From contig JAHBWZ010000008.1 in assembly GCA_019636755.1 (NCBI GenBank), positions 103,900 to 167,899 of the forward strand: 64,000 nt of DNA. The letters run 5' to 3'. A program made the position numbers and the translations under genes. The notes beneath the pieces were generated by a model. It did no database searches and had not been told where the DNA came from. It saw only the letters and a program-made list of their open reading frames with translations. The stretch is from Phycisphaeraceae bacterium. GTDB lineage: Bacteria; Planctomycetota; Phycisphaerae; Phycisphaerales; SM1A02. Below, in pieces: positions 8,518-17,052 of this stretch. Numbering within the stretch: position 1 is the first letter of the stretch; each line of letters opens with the position of its first letter.

Positions 8518-9564
8518 TCACGCCGGCTCGATGCGCGCATGCGTCGCGATGAAGCGCGCCTCGTCCGGGTTGAGCGCGGTGACCTGCGCCGCGTCGAAGC
8601 GCGTGTCCCGGTCCATGCGCGTCTCCGGCGCCGGCGGCGGGGTGCGCTCGGCGCTGTCGGCGCTCCCGACGGCGAATGTCGCGCCGAAGAGCGAGGCGCC
8701 CCGGAAGTCGACGCCCCTGAGATCGGCGCCGCGGAAATCAGCGCCCTCCAGGTCGGCCTGGCGCAGTGAAGCGCCGGCCAGGGCGGCGCCGCTGAACCGG
8801 GCATTGGTGAGATTCGACTTCGCGAAGTCGGCGCCCTCCAGGCGACTGCCGCGGAAGTCCGCATGGCGCAGGACGGCGTCCCGGGCGCGAAGCGCGCGCA
8901 GGTCCAGCCCCGCCGCCTGCAGGCTGAGCAGCGTGCGCCGCTCGATCGTCCGGTCGGCGAGGACGCGGGCGGCGTCGCGCCGATCGAGCGACGATGACAC
9001 GTACCGCTGTTCCCGCCAGGGATCGGCCTCGTTGTGGTATCCCGCTTCCCGCTCCCAGTAGCCGGGCCGGTCCTCCGCGAGGACCTCGATGTGCGTCAGC
9101 CACTTGAGGCTCTTGTAGAAATAGCGATCCCGGGTGACCGTCCGGACCGGCCCGCCGTGGTCGGTCGGAAGCGGCGCGCCGTCGGCGGACCAGGCGACCA
9201 GGACATCGGGGGCGGCGTCGATCGGCAGCGAGGTGTCATGCGATCGCGGTGACCGCGCCCGGAACGAGACGAACCGCGCGCTCCGCTCGGGGACCGCCCG
9301 GTCCAGCAGGACCGGGAGCGGAACGCCGGTGAACGGGACATCGAGGCGCGACCAGCGGGTGACGCAGTGGATGTCGACGCGCCACGTCACCGCATCGAGG
9401 GCCGTGAGTTCCGCCAGGGAGAGCGTCACGGGCCGGGAGACCAGGCCGCCGATGGAAACGCACCACGGGGACGGGTCCGCCGCCGGGGCACGTTCGCCCA
9501 CGATCGGCCAGCGCCCCGGCGCGGCCAGCGCCTGATTCGGCGGGAGTGTGGGACGGGCAGGCAC
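8518..9564 (-). CDS. Sulfite-oxidase-like molybdopterin oxidoreductase domain fused to C-terminal pentapeptide repeats
   Basis: The track ORF (to 10050) runs through tRNA-Arg, so the start must lie below 9593; an in-frame GTG at 9564 is proposed. Body: LPPNQ...WCVSIGGLVSRPVTLSLAEL...DIHCVTRWS...LVAWSADGAPLPTDHGGPVRTVT...YFYKSLKWLTHIEV. Tail: ADFRGSRLEGADFAKSNLTNARFSGAALAGASLRQADLEGADFRGADLRGVDFRGASL. Confidence 0.7.
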   Translation of the reverse strand: MPARPTLPPNQALAAPGRWPIVGERAPAADPSPWCVSIGGLVSRPVTLSLAELTALDAVTWRVDIHCVTRWSRLDVPFTGVPLPVLLDRAVPERSARFVSFRARSPRSHDTSLPIDAAPDVLVAWSADGAPLPTDHGGPVRTVTRDRYFYKSLKWLTHIEVLAEDRPGYWEREAGYHNEADPWREQRYVSSSLDRRDAARVLADRTIERRTLLSLQAAGLDLRALRARDAVLRHADFRGSRLEGADFAKSNLTNARFSGAALAGASLRQADLEGADFRGADLRGVDFRGASLFGATFAVGSADSAERTPPPAPETRMDRDTRFDAAQVTALNPDEARFIATHARIEPA

Positions 9565-9592
9565 GGCGGAAGACGCCTTCTCGGCGGAGAAG

Positions 9593-9666
9593 CGCACCCG
9601 GAGGGACTCGAACCCCCGACCTTCTGGTTCGAAGCCAGACGCTCTATCCAACTGAGCTACGGGTGC
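9593..9666 (-). tRNA. tRNA-Arg (anticodon UCG)
   Basis: GCACCCGTAGCTCAGTTGGATAGAGCGTCTGGCTTCGAACCAGAAGGTCGGGGGTTCGAGTCCCTCCGGGTGCG folds as a cloverleaf: 7-bp acceptor, anticodon loop CUUCGAA, T-loop TTCGAGT. Confidence 0.9.
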
Positions 9667-9855
9667 AGACGGCGGAGGATATCGCGGGCGCCGCCGCGCT
9701 GGAAGCGCGGGCGGGGTGCCGTCCGGATGCGCGGGTGGTGCAGGCACGCGCGGCGGACGGACGACCCGAGGCCGGACTGCCGATGCACTGGCGGGGCAGA
9801 AAGAGGGGGTCTTCCGGCTTTCGTGCGGGGAGACCGGGCCGTGGACGACGCCGCC

Positions 9856-10260
9856 CATGGGGGGCTGAGGCCCCCCATGCACCCCCCTTGCGCGCAGGCG
9901 GGTGGTGGTGGTCAGCCGGCGCGCGAGTGGAGATGCCTGCGCGCAGAGGGTCCGTGGTCGCGCGCAGGACGTCCGGCGGCGACGGCGCGTGCAGCGCGGC
10001 GCGTCCGTGATCGCCTTGTTGCGAGTCAAGGCGTTCCCCGGATCATCCATCCGCGAGGGGGGTTGCAGGGGGGCGCTTCAGCCCCCCTGCGCATGCGCGT
10101 GCCGAAATCGATGGCGTGCACGGCGCCATGCCCGGGCGCATCGTCCTGATCGATGACTGGTGCTTGATCGCGCGCCCAATGTCTTTCAAGCACCCGGGTG
10201 GACCTCGGGTCTCCCCGGTCACGAGAGTCTCGTCCGGGTGCGCGAGCGCAGGTGGGGCTG
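9856..10260. repeat. Dispersed copy of the composite G7/C7-hairpin repeat element (same family as the 42.3-46.4 kb array)
   Basis: Hairpin A-type CATGGGGGGCTGAGGCCCCCCATG (9856-9879). Core ...GGTGGTCAGCCGGCGCGCGAGTGG... Hairpin B-type GCAGGGGGGCGCTTCAGCCCCCCTGC (10065-10090), preceded by GGATCATCCATCCGCGAGGGGGG. Degenerate continuation to about 10260. Confidence 0.8.
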
Positions 10261-10904
10261 GACATCCGCGATGCCGTCGATCCCGCGCGTCCGGGCGAAG
10301 CCCGACTCCCGGCGCGCGGGCGTGCGTTCACTCCGCCGGTACGCCCTCGCCGCCATCCCCGGCTCCAGGCGATCACGCCATCGGCGTGCTGGGCTGCAGG
10401 CGATACACGCGCGCCCGTCGCCGGCGAAACACGTCGTTCGCAAGGCGGGTCCACCCGCACGAAGGCCGGAAGCCCCAAAAAGGATGACGGGCGGCCGCTC
10501 ACGCGGACGCCCGTCGTTGGATCAGGAAAACGACTCGTCGCCGGGTTCCGTGTCGCCGCGTGTCCGCGTCGTGGACGGTGAGGTCGGGCCCCATCGAGTC
10601 GGCCGTTCCTCCGGATGCAGCCCGAAGGCCGCACGCCATCCGCGGAGCAGGTCTGATGCCGCTCCGCCCGGGTTCCGATGTTCGAAGCGTCTCTCCGTCT
10701 TCTCACAAGCGCCGACGCTTTCTTCCGATGGGCCCATGTCGCCGGGGCGGGGTCGCCGAGGCGGGTGGACCGACCGGTTGCGGTCACGTCGAAGCTCGAC
10801 TCTCTCTCTCTCGGGCTCTCTCGTCTCGATGGGAAGGAGGTTCCCGGGAACCGAAGCCGGTTGCCGGGAAGGCGAACTCTCGGACGTGAGTGTATCGGCC
10901 CTGG

Positions 10905-12215
10905 TCAGGGGCCACAAGCCCCGAGGTGCAATTTCTGCGGCCCCTTCGACATCCCGGTCCCGGCGTGCTGCCCGTCCACCCGGCGGGTGCCCTCGCCCTG
11001 TTCGTGGATGGTCCGGACCCGGATCGTCTCGGGGATCGCGCTCAGCCGGGTTTCGACCACGTCGGCAGGCACCGGATCCACGTCGAGGATGACGTAACTG
11101 ACCTCGGCGTTGCTGCGCAGGTACTCGGCGTTGATGTTGACGCCCAGGTCCGCCATGATCCCGTTGATCCGGCTGAGCACGCCGGGCACGTTCCGGTGGA
11201 AGTGCAGGATCCGCAACTGATCGGCAAGCGGTGAGGGGAGATCCACCTCGGGGACATTGACCGCGGAGGTGGTCGTGCCGGTGCGGACGAACCGGGCGAG
11301 CTTCTCGGAGACCTCGACGGCGATGTTGCGCTGGGCTTCCTCGGTGCTGCCCCCGACGTGCGGCGTCAGGATCACGTTCGGCAGGCCGGCGAGAGGGCAT
11401 GCGAACGGCGCGTCGTTCAGCGCAGGCTCCTCGGGGAAGACATCGGCGGCGATCCCCCCGAGATGCCCGGTCTGCAGCGCGGCCGCGGCCGCGTGGAGAT
11501 CGACGACGCTTCCCCGGGCATTGTTGATGATCATGGCGCCGGGCTTCATCGTCGCGATCTCGGCGGCGCCGATCAGGTTGTGCGTCGCGGGCGTCGCCGG
11601 GACATGCAGCGAGACGCAATCGGCCTCCCGAAGAACATCGCTGAGCGACGATCGCGGCTGCGCATTGCCGAGCGGCAGGCGCTGGACGATGTCGAAGTAC
11701 ACGACGCGCATGCCGAACGCCTCGGCAAGGACCGAGACCTGCGACCCGATGTGGCCGTATCCGATGATGCCGAGCGTGCGCCCGCGCACCTCGTGAGCGC
11801 CGGCGCTGGACTTGTCCCAGCGTCCTCCGTGCATCAGCATGCTCTTGTCGACGAGCCTGCGGTTCAGCGCCACGACCTCCGCGAGCGTGAGTTCGGCGAC
11901 ACTGCGCGTGTTCGAGAACGGGGCGTTGAAGACGGTGACGGCGCGGCGCATCGCGGCGCGCAGATCCACCTGGTTCGTGCCGATGCAGAAGCAGCCGATC
12001 GCCAGCAGATCCGGAAGCCGCTCGATCGTCGCGGCGTCGATCTCGGTCTTGGACCGGATGCCGAGGATCGCGGTCCCCGCCAGTTCGGACGGCGAGGCAC
12101 CCTCGAGAGCGCCGTCCCGCCGCTCGACACGGAGACCGGCCTGGTGGAACGCGGCCTCCGCCGCCGGGTGGATCCGTTCGCAGAGCAGCACCTTCATGTC
12201 CGTGAGAGCCTCCAT
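10905..12215 (-). CDS. serA: D-3-phosphoglycerate dehydrogenase with C-terminal ACT domain
   Basis: 436 aa. NAD-binding GIIGYGHIGSQV. Catalytic-region motifs INNARGSVVD and TPHVGGSTEEAQ. ACT-like tail LRILHFHRNVPGVLSRINGIMADLGVNI. Confidence 0.9.
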   Translation of the reverse strand: MEALTDMKVLLCERIHPAAEAAFHQAGLRVERRDGALEGASPSELAGTAILGIRSKTEIDAATIERLPDLLAIGCFCIGTNQVDLRAAMRRAVTVFNAPFSNTRSVAELTLAEVVALNRRLVDKSMLMHGGRWDKSSAGAHEVRGRTLGIIGYGHIGSQVSVLAEAFGMRVVYFDIVQRLPLGNAQPRSSLSDVLREADCVSLHVPATPATHNLIGAAEIATMKPGAMIINNARGSVVDLHAAAAALQTGHLGGIAADVFPEEPALNDAPFACPLAGLPNVILTPHVGGSTEEAQRNIAVEVSEKLARFVRTGTTTSAVNVPEVDLPSPLADQLRILHFHRNVPGVLSRINGIMADLGVNINAEYLRSNAEVSYVILDVDPVPADVVETRLSAIPETIRVRTIHEQGEGTRRVDGQHAGTGMSKGPQKLHLGACGP

Positions 12216-12248
12216 GGCCGGCGTCCGTCCTGATCGTGCCGCCCCGGC

Positions 12249-13064
12249 TCAGTCACCCACGATCTCCGGCAGGTCGGCGAGACCCTCGGTGAGGTCGCAG
12301 GGGCCCTCCTCCGTGATGAGGACATCCGCCTCGTAGTGGACGCTGAGCGAGCGGTCACCGGTGAATATCGGCCAGCCCCGGGGCTCGGAAAAGGTCTCCG
12401 GTGTCCCCACCGCGATCATCGGCTCCACGGCGAGCAGCATGCCCGGCTTGAAGGTGGTCCAGGCGTCCGGCCACTCGGCCCGGTTGCGCGGGACGACGTT
12501 CGAGATGAACGGACTGTCGTGCAGCGTCCGGCCGTACCCGTGTCCCCCGAGGTTGCGGACGAGGTGGAAGCCGCACTCCGCCTCGGCGTGGGCCTGGACC
12601 GCTCGCGCCCAGTCCACGAGCGGCCGCCCAGGCTGCATCGCGGCGACCCCCCGGCGCAGCGCCTCCCGGCCGCACTGCATCAGCCGCCGCGCGGTCGGAT
12701 CGGCATGGGCGATCGCGTACGTCCAGGCCGCGTCGCCGATCCAGCCGCGGTGCACCACGCCGATGTCCACCGAGAGCAGGTCTCCGGGCTCCAGCGCCTG
12801 CTCGGTCATCGTGTGCGTGCCGTGCACGATGCAGGCGTTCACGGACAGGCAGGAGTGGCTTGGAAAGGGGGGCAGCCCGGAGGCCTGGTAGCGGAGGAAG
12901 GCGGAGCGGGATCCGCGGCTCCGAAGGGCCTCCGCGATGAAGCAGTCGATCGCCGCGAGGGTCAGACCCGGCCGCAGGAAGTCGACCAGGTCCTGGTGGA
13001 TCTCCACCACCTGCCGTGCGGCCAGCCGGGCGCCCTGGGTGTCCGATTCGGTTCTGATGAGCAT
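12249..13064 (-). CDS. map: Type I methionine aminopeptidase
   Basis: SHSCLSVNACIVHGTH, LLSVDIGVVHRGWIGDAAWTY, NLGGHGYGRTLHDSP, LAVEPMI and HYEADVLITEEG are metal-ligand contexts. Start chosen at MLIRTESD (13064). Upstream in-frame ATGs at 13166 and 13361 are possible but give an atypical extension. Confidence 0.85.
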   Translation of the reverse strand: MLIRTESDTQGARLAARQVVEIHQDLVDFLRPGLTLAAIDCFIAEALRSRGSRSAFLRYQASGLPPFPSHSCLSVNACIVHGTHTMTEQALEPGDLLSVDIGVVHRGWIGDAAWTYAIAHADPTARRLMQCGREALRRGVAAMQPGRPLVDWARAVQAHAEAECGFHLVRNLGGHGYGRTLHDSPFISNVVPRNRAEWPDAWTTFKPGMLLAVEPMIAVGTPETFSEPRGWPIFTGDRSLSVHYEADVLITEEGPCDLTEGLADLPEIVGD

Positions 13065-13359
13065 GAAGAAGCGGGGATGGTAGAGGCGGCCATCCGACTG
13101 TCCAAGCGCGGCGTCGGGGCGGCAACCCCCGACCGATCGGGCGGACGGTGCTTCCCGCGGGGTCATCTGTCCGATACTCTGGCGGGTTCGAGGCGACGGC
13201 GGTCGATCGCTCACGCGGTCCCACCTCGTCCGGAGGGGCGTCGGCTGACCGGGACAGAGCGGCGCGAGGTTCGTGGCGACTCCGTGCGCGGTGGCCTCGT
13301 CACCGTCTTCGACGCCCCATCCGCATGCCACCCCCGGCTCTTCCTCGGAATCCCGTCCC

Positions 13360-14283
13360 ATGCACCACGCCGTCGGTCATCGATCCGTCTCTCCGGCCAC
13401 CCGCGTCGCCTGTACCGCCGCGCTGATCGCGTCGGCCGCGGGCCCCGGCGCATCCGCCGGCGGCACGCTCCCCGCGCTCGGTGCGAAACTCGATCCACTG
13501 ACCGTGGAAGTGACGCTGAACCAGTCGGTGTCGTGGATGGTGCCGCTGACCGCGAATGCGCAGCCGAACGGGAACGTCCTCTACAGCGGCACCTCGGCGC
13601 CGGCCGGCGCCGGCTACTCGTGTACCATCGCGCTCACGCTGGACGCCGACCCGACCGATCAGGCGCGGCTGTCGGGAACCATCACCACGAAGAACCTCTC
13701 GAGTGTCCCGCAGGACTACGAGATCGTCACCCGGGCGCCGATCTGCCCGCAGGTGATCGGCGATACGCTCGCGGGCGCCTCGGTCCAGCTGCAGCTCGTC
13801 ACCAGCGCCAACGGCGGCATGCTCTCCGTGCCGCCCGGGGAGGCGGGCGCCAGGTACCTGGTCGATGAGGTGCCGATCGCCGCGAACTACCCCTATCCGT
13901 TCTTCATGCAGGGCAGCGGCGCGGGAACAGTGACCGTGCTCGGGTCCTTCGGCCTGCCGGCTCCCAGCCAGCCCGCACCGCCGCTTCTCGGTTCATTCGG
14001 CGTGCGCCAGCGATTCACGCTGACGCCCGACGACACGGCCCGTCTCACGCTCGTCACCTACATCATCAAGCCGGCCGATCCTGCCACGGTGGTCGCCTGC
14101 GACCGCGTGCCCATCGGCCCGTGCGACGTGTTCGATGGCGGCACGGCCGGATTCGAGGATGCGCTCCTGGTCCTGGCGACATGGGGCCCGTGCGCCTCCT
14201 GCGAGGCGGATTTCACGGGGGACGGCGTCGTGGACTTCGAGGATCTCCTCGTCGTGCTGTCGTGCATCGGCGCGGGGGAGTGA
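13360..14283 (+). CDS. Secreted hypothetical protein with C-terminal dockerin/EF-hand-like module (paralog 1)
   Basis: Signal-like N-terminus MHHAVGHRSVSPATRVACTAALIASAAG. Shares YPYPFFMQGSGAGTVTVLGSFGLPAPSQPAP with the next gene. C-terminus CASCEADFTGDGVVDFEDLLVVLSCIG. Confidence 0.7.
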   Translation: MHHAVGHRSVSPATRVACTAALIASAAGPGASAGGTLPALGAKLDPLTVEVTLNQSVSWMVPLTANAQPNGNVLYSGTSAPAGAGYSCTIALTLDADPTDQARLSGTITTKNLSSVPQDYEIVTRAPICPQVIGDTLAGASVQLQLVTSANGGMLSVPPGEAGARYLVDEVPIAANYPYPFFMQGSGAGTVTVLGSFGLPAPSQPAPPLLGSFGVRQRFTLTPDDTARLTLVTYIIKPADPATVVACDRVPIGPCDVFDGGTAGFEDALLVLATWGPCASCEADFTGDGVVDFEDLLVVLSCIGAGE

Positions 14284-14377
14284 TGCGAAGCGCCCTTCCG
14301 GCCTTGCCCTGGCGGGACGGGCGCGGAATGATGTCCACGGTCGCGCGGGACGGGCGGAGGCGCGCGACGGAGTCACC

Positions 14378-15238
14378 ATGAACCGCATGCGGTGGAGGAG
14401 TCTCGTGGCGGGTGTGACGGTGTCCGTCACCGTCTGCACGACCGGCGGCGTGTCCGCTGCGCCGCCATCGGCGGTGGCCACGGTGGCTGTCGACGGCGCG
14501 GCGCCGCAGGTCATTCCGCTGACCGTCTACGCGCAGCCGGACAGCGACCGGTTCGTGGGCGAACTGGACGGACCGGGCGGCGCGTGGTCGGCGCTGGTGA
14601 ACGTGGTCGTCGCCCCGGATGGCGACGGTCTCATGCAGCTCGCGGGCACGCTCCTGGCGTCCAATGCATCTGATGCGCCGGTCGATCTCGATCTCAATTT
14701 CACGGTGGACGTCTGCCCCCGCCTGCCGGGGAACACGCTCATCGGCGGCATCATGCAGCTGCAGGTCCTGATCGGCGGCGGTGGCGGCGGGCTGTTCGCG
14801 CCGCCGGGGGATGCGGTCTTCCGTCTCCGTCACGACACGTCCTCCGCCGCGCAGCACTACACCGATCCGTTCTTCATGCAGGGGACAGGCGCCGGTGTCA
14901 TCACCATCCTGACGCTCTTCGGTCTGCCCATTCCCGCGCTGCCCGCGCCCGGGATCGAACGGAGCGCCACGCTGCGCTTCCATCCGGTGCTGACGGCGGG
15001 GGAGACCGGACGCCTGATCCTCACGAGCCTCAGCATCGCGCCGGCGCCCGGGACCGTGCCGGTCGAGTGCGAGGGCAGGCCGGGTGATCCATGCGACCTG
15101 CTTGCCGATGACCCGTTCGATGACCTGCTGCACCTGCTGTCCGTGTGGGGCGCCTGTCCGGGGTGCCGCTACGACCTGGACGACGACGGAGAGGTGGGAT
15201 TCAGCGATCTGCTGATCCTCCTCGCCTGCTGGCAGTGA
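14378..15238 (+). CDS. Secreted hypothetical protein with C-terminal dockerin/EF-hand-like module (paralog 2)
   Basis: GGAG RBS then ATG. Signal MNRMRWRSLVAGVTVSVTVCTTGGVSA. YTDPFFMQGTGAGVITILTLFGLPIPALPAP. C-terminus CPGCRYDLDDDGEVGFSDLLILLACWQ. Confidence 0.7.
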   Translation: MNRMRWRSLVAGVTVSVTVCTTGGVSAAPPSAVATVAVDGAAPQVIPLTVYAQPDSDRFVGELDGPGGAWSALVNVVVAPDGDGLMQLAGTLLASNASDAPVDLDLNFTVDVCPRLPGNTLIGGIMQLQVLIGGGGGGLFAPPGDAVFRLRHDTSSAAQHYTDPFFMQGTGAGVITILTLFGLPIPALPAPGIERSATLRFHPVLTAGETGRLILTSLSIAPAPGTVPVECEGRPGDPCDLLADDPFDDLLHLLSVWGACPGCRYDLDDDGEVGFSDLLILLACWQ

Positions 15239-15273
15239 AGGACGGATGACGCATCCCCCCGGTGGCTGCCGGA

Positions 15274-17052
15274 TCAGGCGCGGCGCGCTTCGCCGGACTT
15301 GTCCTTCAGCCATGCGTGCAGGCGCCGCGCCGGCCATGCATTCACGCAGCGATCCGCAGGCAGGCCGCCGCGGCGGGCGGTGAGGATGCCGTACCGGAGC
15401 TGATCGAACTGCTCCGGCGCATGGGCGTCCGTGTTGATCGCGATGAGCGCGCCCGCGTCGAGCGCGATCCGGATATGCGCGTCGCGGAGGTCGAGTCGCA
15501 GCGAGTTCGCATTCACCTCGAGCGCCGTGCCTGTCGCGGCGGCGGCCGCCGCGATCGCCCGGATGTCCGGTTCGAGTCCGCGGCGTCGACCGATCAGCCG
15601 ACCCGTCGGGTGACCGAGGATGTGCACGCGCGGGTGCCGGACGGCGCAGAGCAGCCGCGCCGTCGCGGAGTCGGGAGACTGCCGCAGCGCCGCGTGCGGG
15701 GAGGCGACGACGAGGTCGAGTCCGCCGAGCGTCCGGTCGTCGTAGTCGAGCCGGCCGTCCGCGAGAATGTCCACTTCGCTGCCCGCGAGCAGGCGCACGC
15801 CGCGGCACTGCGCCGCCAGCGCGCGGATCCGTGCCGCGTGGACGTGAAGGCGGTCGACATCCAGGCCGTTCGCCTGCACGCTCGAACGGGAGTGATCGGT
15901 GACGGCGATCGAATGAAACCCGCGCGCCCGCGCGAGTCTGATGATCTCCTCCACCTCCATGGACCCGTCGCTGGCCGTCGAGTGGACGTGCAGGTCCGCG
16001 CGGATGTCCTCGACGGTCACGAGCGTGTCCGACGGCACCGGCGGGGCGATCGTCTCGCCCTCGCGCAGTTCGGGGGCGATCCATGGAAGGTCGAGCTTCC
16101 CGTAGATGGCCTCCTCCGTCGCGGCGGCGACCGGCCGTCCCTGGGCATCGCCCGCGCCGCGCGAAGGCCCCTTGAACAGGCCGTACTCGTTGAGATGCAT
16201 GCCCCGGTCGATCGCGCGCTGCCGGAGTGCGATGTTGTGCTGCTTCGATCCGGTGAAGTAGAGGAGCGCCGCGCCGAAGGCACGGGCAGGGACGATGCGC
16301 AGGTCGACCTGGATGCCTTCGTCACGCATGACGCTGGCGCGGGTCGAACCCTCCGCGAGCACGCGCGACACGCCGTCAAGCGTCACGAACGCGCGGGCGA
16401 CGGCGGGCCCGTCCTCGGCGACGCACAGCAGGTCGATGTCTCCGATCGTCTCCGCGCCGCGGCGGAGCGATCCGGCGATCTCGACGCGATCGACACCGTC
16501 CAGCGCCCGCACCTGCGCCGCGATCGACTCGGCGATCGGAAGCGCCCGGCCCAGCCGCATCCGCTCCGCGCCGCGGCGTCGCTCGGCGATCGCCTGGCGG
16601 AGGTTCTCGATCGTCTTCGCGCCGAGACGGGGTATGCCCTCGAGGCGGCCGTCGGCGATGGCCTTCTCCAGTCCGTCCAGATCGACGATGCCCGCGTTCT
16701 GCCAGAGCGAGCGCGCCAGCGCGGGGCCCACGCCGGGCAGGTCGAGGATCGCAATGAGCCCGGGAGGAATGCCCTCGCGGAGCTGTTCGAGATCCGTGAT
16801 GCGCCCGGTCCGGCACCATTCGGCGATCCGGCGCGCCGAGGACTCGCCGATCCCCTCCAGCGCGACCAGCGCCGAGAGGTCCTCGCCGGACCGGGCACCG
16901 GGGACGTCGCAGATGTCCGTCGGCATCGCCTCCAGCACCCGGGCCACGCGCGCGACCGCGAGGACGCGGAACCGGTCCGCGCCGGAGAGTTCCATCAGCA
17001 GAGCCATCTCTGCGAAGAGCGAGGCCGCTTCTTCGTTCGGTCGCCCGGTCAC
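15274..17052 (-). CDS. polX: Family X DNA polymerase with C-terminal PHP phosphoesterase domain (PolX)
   Basis: 592 aa. HhH segments (LPGVGPALARSL). Pol-beta nucleotidyltransferase core EIAGSLRRGAETIGDIDLL. PHP motifs DLHVHSTASDG, IAVTDHS and ILGHPTGR. Confidence 0.9.
   Translation of the reverse strand: MTGRPNEEAASLFAEMALLMELSGADRFRVLAVARVARVLEAMPTDICDVPGARSGEDLSALVALEGIGESSARRIAEWCRTGRITDLEQLREGIPPGLIAILDLPGVGPALARSLWQNAGIVDLDGLEKAIADGRLEGIPRLGAKTIENLRQAIAERRRGAERMRLGRALPIAESIAAQVRALDGVDRVEIAGSLRRGAETIGDIDLLCVAEDGPAVARAFVTLDGVSRVLAEGSTRASVMRDEGIQVDLRIVPARAFGAALLYFTGSKQHNIALRQRAIDRGMHLNEYGLFKGPSRGAGDAQGRPVAAATEEAIYGKLDLPWIAPELREGETIAPPVPSDTLVTVEDIRADLHVHSTASDGSMEVEEIIRLARARGFHSIAVTDHSRSSVQANGLDVDRLHVHAARIRALAAQCRGVRLLAGSEVDILADGRLDYDDRTLGGLDLVVASPHAALRQSPDSATARLLCAVRHPRVHILGHPTGRLIGRRRGLEPDIRAIAAAAAATGTALEVNANSLRLDLRDAHIRIALDAGALIAINTDAHAPEQFDQLRYGILTARRGGLPADRCVNAWPARRLHAWLKDKSGEARRA

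Noticed and set aside
10250-10476. Possible tmRNA (ssrA) on the minus strand: GGGGCUUCCGGCCUUCGUGCGGG 5' end, GCGAACGAC (Ala-Asn-Asp) and a ...CCAGCCCCACC 3' end.
   Set aside because: The putative 3' acceptor strand is part of the degenerate hairpin repeat (GCGCGAGCGCAGGTGGGGCTG). No canonical T-arm (GGTTCGA-type loop with a matching stem) is present, and the G3:U pair is missing. The candidate tag would end in PMA rather than the usual hydrophobic-Ala-Ala, and the resume codon would be only about 37 nt from the 5' end. This needs ARAGORN/Rfam before any claim.
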